Virus record (IMG/VR): IMGVR_UViG_3300017763_005888
Span: 1 to 29,702 of that record
Reading direction: 5' to 3' (one strand)
Length of the DNA stretch: 29,702 bases
Source of the DNA: a virus
Lineage: Duplodnaviria; Caudoviricetes
The notes beneath the pieces were generated by a model. The model searched no databases. It was given only the letters and a program-made list of their open reading frames with translations, and was not told where the DNA came from. The translations under genes were made by a program, and so were the position numbers. Within the stretch, counting starts at the first letter, position 1. The number at the start of each line of letters is the position of its first letter. Below, piece by piece: positions 26,322-29,702 of this stretch.

Positions 26322-26347
26322 AAAAAAGGCGGTATTTCTACCGCCTT
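26322..26347 (-). terminator. Rho-independent terminator
   Basis: Minus strand AAGGCGGTA-GAAA-TACCGCCTTTTTT: 9-bp stem, GNRA loop and U-tract, 5 nt after the stop of the 69-aa gene. Confidence 0.88.
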
Positions 26348-26352
26348 GAAAA

Positions 26353-26562
26353 TTAGATACTTACTGTACCCATTTTTAGACCAGTTAAACTGGTTTTAGC
26401 GAACTTTCGCCTAACGCCAGCATTTCTATCGTGGATAACGACATAGCTAGGTGTTTCATTTACAAACTGAGCATTATAACTAGCTCCGTCCTTTGTCCGA
26501 AGGCCGAAAAAACGACCTCCGCTTTGTTTCATTGTTTTTACGATACGATTTGTTTTTCTCAT
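26353..26562 (-). CDS. Small basic hypothetical protein (SH3/Sm-like beta barrel suspected)
   Basis: 69 aa, Arg/Lys-rich, with short beta-strands. Directly follows the Clp gene and precedes the terminator. Confidence 0.6.
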   Translation of the reverse strand: MRKTNRIVKTMKQSGGRFFGLRTKDGASYNAQFVNETPSYVVIHDRNAGVRRKFAKTSLTGLKMGTVSI

Positions 26563-26564
26563 AA

Positions 26565-28061
26565 TTAAAATCCTATAACTCCTTTGGGTTTGATTGTAGA
26601 TTTATTTTCTATAGTTTTTGCATCTACGTTTAATTTATTGGCAAATATATCATATATAGTTTGCTTGTCAACACTAAAAGAGGTTTTCTCCAACTTTTCT
26701 CCCCATTTTTTTAAAATAGCTTCATATTTTTTGTGCAATTTATCAAAAACTTTAGTATCTGTATCGGATTGAGCTTTAATCATATCTTTCTCTAGGTCTT
26801 TGGCTTCTTTTGGTCTGATTATGTGTGTTTTTTTTGTTTTGGCTCCAGATTCATCTAGAATATCAAAAGCCTTATCTGGAAATTTTTTAAGTGGAAGGTA
26901 ATAATCGCACAGATCAATGATTAATTTAATAATTTCTTCTGAATACTCTACCGTATGAAATTCTTCATAAGAAGTTTTTGCTTTAAGTAGTAGTTCTTCG
27001 ACCTCTTCTTTAGAGGGCTCTTTTACTTCAATATTTTCAAACCTTCTATCAAGGGCTGAATCTTTTTTAAAAAAACTTTTATATTCTTCTGAAGTAGTTG
27101 CTCCTATGCAGGAAATTTCTCCTCTAGATAAGGCTGGCTTTAATATATTTGCCATGTCTAAACCGCCTTCTGAGCTTGTTCCCGAACCAATAATTGTATG
27201 AATTTCATCAATAAATAAAACGTATTGTTTATTTGTTTTTAAAGAATCGATTATATTTTTAATTTTTTCTTCCATTTGACCTCTGTATATAGTTCCAGAT
27301 ACAACAGAGGCTATATCTAAAGATATAATTTCTTTATGAAGTAAAAGATCTGGGCATTTTCTTTCAACAATTTTTTCAGCCATGCCTTCTACAATAGCTG
27401 TTTTACCAACGCCAGCATCTCCAACAAAAATAACATTGCTTTTATTTTTTCTAAGCAAGACTTCAAAAGCTCGATCTATTTCTTTATCTCTACCAAATAT
27501 TTCAAAAGTTCCTCTTTTCCTAATCTTTTCGTTTATATTTTCACAGCAAGACCATATTGTGTCTTTGTCTTGAGGTTGGGCTTTAGGAGGTGCCCCAGTT
27601 TGTGCGGGAATTCTTTCTACACCATTTTTTATAAAATTAGATAAAACATTAGATACTTTTTCTACGTCAATTTCCAAACTTTCCAAGAATTCTGAAATTT
27701 CTTTTCTAGTGTTTATTATTGTTAAAAATATGTGATCTACCCCAATGTATTCGTGTTTGAGGGATCTGGAAATTACAAAAGAAGACTCTAAAATTTCTAA
27801 TACTTCTTCTGCATAAATTTTCTTTTTGCGCTTGGGTTCTTTGTAAGAACATAAAGCAGAAAAAATAGCTTGGTTGAGACCGTCTTTACTTATTTCGCAA
27901 AAAGATAGAGCGTTATCTATATTTATATTTTCATTGTCCATGATTGACGAAAATAAATGCAAGTCAATCACTTTCAAATGACCTAGTTCTTCAGCTATGC
28001 TTTGACTTTTTATTAGGCAAGCTTTGGCGCTTGGTGTTAAGTTAAATTCAGAAAAGTCCAT
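26565..28061 (-). CDS. ClpA/B/C-family ATPase with only the N-domain and first AAA+ module
   Basis: Repeated Clp N-domain (HLKVIDLHLF / HEYIGVDHIFL), GRDKEI, Walker A GDAGVGKT, YRGQMEE, Walker B LFIDEIH, ALDRRF, FPDKAFDILDE; ends KGVIGF. Confidence 0.9.
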   Translation of the reverse strand: MDFSEFNLTPSAKACLIKSQSIAEELGHLKVIDLHLFSSIMDNENINIDNALSFCEISKDGLNQAIFSALCSYKEPKRKKKIYAEEVLEILESSFVISRSLKHEYIGVDHIFLTIINTRKEISEFLESLEIDVEKVSNVLSNFIKNGVERIPAQTGAPPKAQPQDKDTIWSCCENINEKIRKRGTFEIFGRDKEIDRAFEVLLRKNKSNVIFVGDAGVGKTAIVEGMAEKIVERKCPDLLLHKEIISLDIASVVSGTIYRGQMEEKIKNIIDSLKTNKQYVLFIDEIHTIIGSGTSSEGGLDMANILKPALSRGEISCIGATTSEEYKSFFKKDSALDRRFENIEVKEPSKEEVEELLLKAKTSYEEFHTVEYSEEIIKLIIDLCDYYLPLKKFPDKAFDILDESGAKTKKTHIIRPKEAKDLEKDMIKAQSDTDTKVFDKLHKKYEAILKKWGEKLEKTSFSVDKQTIYDIFANKLNVDAKTIENKSTIKPKGVIGF

Positions 28062-29702
28062 TATTTAATTTCAGATAGTCTGGTGTATATTTTTTCATCA
28101 AGAATATTTATTTTTTCTCCAAAGATTATATCTTCGCCTTTGCTTCCATAAACAAAAACGATTTGGTCTTCTTTAGGTTTTTTGCCCCCTTCATCAAGAT
28201 ATTTATCTAATGTAGCTGATCTCCTATTATTGGCAAGCATGAAGTTGACTTTACCAAAATCGTCTTGAATCTCTACTCTCATATATTTATTTCCAGCTCG
28301 ACTGGTTCTCGCTATGCAGTCTGTTACAACCCCAACGAATTTAACTCTTCCATTGTCTGGAATTGATTTTAACTCTAAACTATCAACTAGATCAGAAGAA
28401 TTGCCAAATACATTTTTAATTTGAGTGGAGTGACTATAGCCCAAATACTTACGCTCAAAGAACCAGTTAGCGAACTTTAAGTGATCTTTGTTTTTATCAT
28501 AAATTTTTCTGTAAGAAGAATACTTCTTTTTAAAAGTTTCAAAACGAGAAGGCTTCATAATGGGTCTCCCGTCATCTGCTATTAAAGAGTCTTTTATTAT
28601 TGAGTGCACTGTTTCTAGGGCATCGTAATTAAACCTTTCTCCAAGTTGTATTATGTTTCGCTTTTCTCTATCGGTTAAAATATTAAAGGCTTGAGCTTCT
28701 AAGACTAAGCGACAACGATTTGGCATCTCCGCTTGTGAGGTACAGAAAGAGTCCATCATCCCGCCTTGTATGAGGCCAGACAAAACGCCTATATTAAGGC
28801 CACATTGCTTGGCAGTTACAAATATATCATATTTGTTTTGACTGCTTTCTTGGGCTTTTCTAAAATCAACTAAGCTCTCTAAGGTTTTTTCTGAAACCCC
28901 TTTAATGCTATTAACACCAAATCTTATGTCACGGCCCTCTATATTAAAATTAATATCAGACTTAGATAAATCTGGTGGAAGAAGTTTCATATTAAACAAA
29001 CAAAGCTCTTGGTTAATTAAGGCTATCTCCGCATGAGAATCTGGCTCATGCTTTGTCATTTTAAGCAAGGATAAAAAGAATTCCTTTGGATGCTTAAATT
29101 TTAAGTAAGTCGTAATTGCTGCCAAAATAGCATAACTAATTGAGTGCGATTTATTAAAAGAGTAGTTGGCTGAATCTTCTGCAACCTTCCATAAAACTTC
29201 GCCGACTTCTTTATCTAAATTTTTCTCTTCGACTTTTTGCTCAATCTTGGCTTTCCAAGCTGGCATTTGATCTACCTTCTTTTTACCCACAATTCTGCGG
29301 AGCTGTTCTGACTCATCAAGAGTAAATCCGACCTTAACGGCCATCTTCATTAACTGCTCTTGATATAGGGGAATACCGCCAGTATAAGAGAGAATATCGT
29401 CAAAGAATTCATTAACTGACTGAAATCTTGAGGTGCTTGCATAGTCAGCATAAACATCCAAATAGTCAAGTGCACCAGGGCGAGCAATTGCAACAACAGC
29501 AGACAGCTCCTCCAGATTTTTAGGAGCAATTTTTTTACAGACTTTAAAATTTGTATCCGCTTCAATCTGGAACAAACCCTTTGGTGCCTCAATGAATTTG
29601 AAGTTTTCATATATTTCTGGGAGTCCGACATCTATATCTTCGATATTTATACCCAACTGCTTGCAAGTATCACTTACTACAGAAAGGGTTCTAAGTCCAA
29701 GA
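28061..29702 (-). CDS. dnaE: DNA polymerase III alpha subunit (family C), 5' part outside the window
   Basis: Frame is open to the window edge with LGLRTLSVV (KxDxLGL motif), GLFQI, AIARPG, TGGIPLYQEQLM, YSFNKSHSISYA, IRFGVNSIKGV and a C-terminal OB fold. Confidence 0.95.
   Translation of the reverse strand, partial: LGLRTLSVVSDTCKQLGINIEDIDVGLPEIYENFKFIEAPKGLFQIEADTNFKVCKKIAPKNLEELSAVVAIARPGALDYLDVYADYASTSRFQSVNEFFDDILSYTGGIPLYQEQLMKMAVKVGFTLDESEQLRRIVGKKKVDQMPAWKAKIEQKVEEKNLDKEVGEVLWKVAEDSANYSFNKSHSISYAILAAITTYLKFKHPKEFFLSLLKMTKHEPDSHAEIALINQELCLFNMKLLPPDLSKSDINFNIEGRDIRFGVNSIKGVSEKTLESLVDFRKAQESSQNKYDIFVTAKQCGLNIGVLSGLIQGGMMDSFCTSQAEMPNRCRLVLEAQAFNILTDREKRNIIQLGERFNYDALETVHSIIKDSLIADDGRPIMKPSRFETFKKKYSSYRKIYDKNKDHLKFANWFFERKYLGYSHSTQIKNVFGNSSDLVDSLELKSIPDNGRVKFVGVVTDCIARTSRAGNKYMRVEIQDDFGKVNFMLANNRRSATLDKYLDEGGKKPKEDQIVFVYGSKGEDIIFGEKINILDEKIYTRLSEIK

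Noticed and set aside
29654-29656. TTG start for a stand-alone split DnaE
   Set aside because: The frame stays open to the window edge and includes the conserved LGLRTL motif. Whether the gene is split further upstream cannot be seen.
1-29702. Alternative genetic code (stop reassignment)
   Set aside because: Long ORFs are intact under code 11, and TAA, TAG and TGA all end genes at sensible boundaries. The single in-frame TAA after J1 is not sufficient evidence.

Overview
AT-rich, gene-dense fragment of a large tailed dsDNA phage in the standard genetic code. I saw no rRNA, tRNA, CRISPR array, integrase or transposase. Left to right: a 5'-truncated outer-membrane beta-barrel gene (+). Then a minus-strand block with a DUF736-like protein, a putative modular fibre set (two paralogous small proteins, a YadA-repeat fibre, a BspA-type LRR protein), a degenerate riboflavin-kinase-like protein, four tandem Fe(II)/2OG-oxygenase/cupin proteins and two GNAT-like proteins. 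Next is a plus-strand lambda-like tail-tip module (L, JAB-only K, TWO I paralogs, TWO full-length J paralogs with different inserted lectin-like domains). Last is a minus-strand block with a putative annealase, glycosyltransferases (a GT9 fold apparently split over two genes), a Whirly-like protein, a pseudokinase, a single-AAA Clp ATPase ending in IGF, and the C-terminal part of a DnaE polymerase. A GTGTAA motif lies 8-10 nt before five start codons (candidate late promoter), alongside sigma70-like promoters and one clear terminator. All family assignments come from motif recognition by eye, not database searches.
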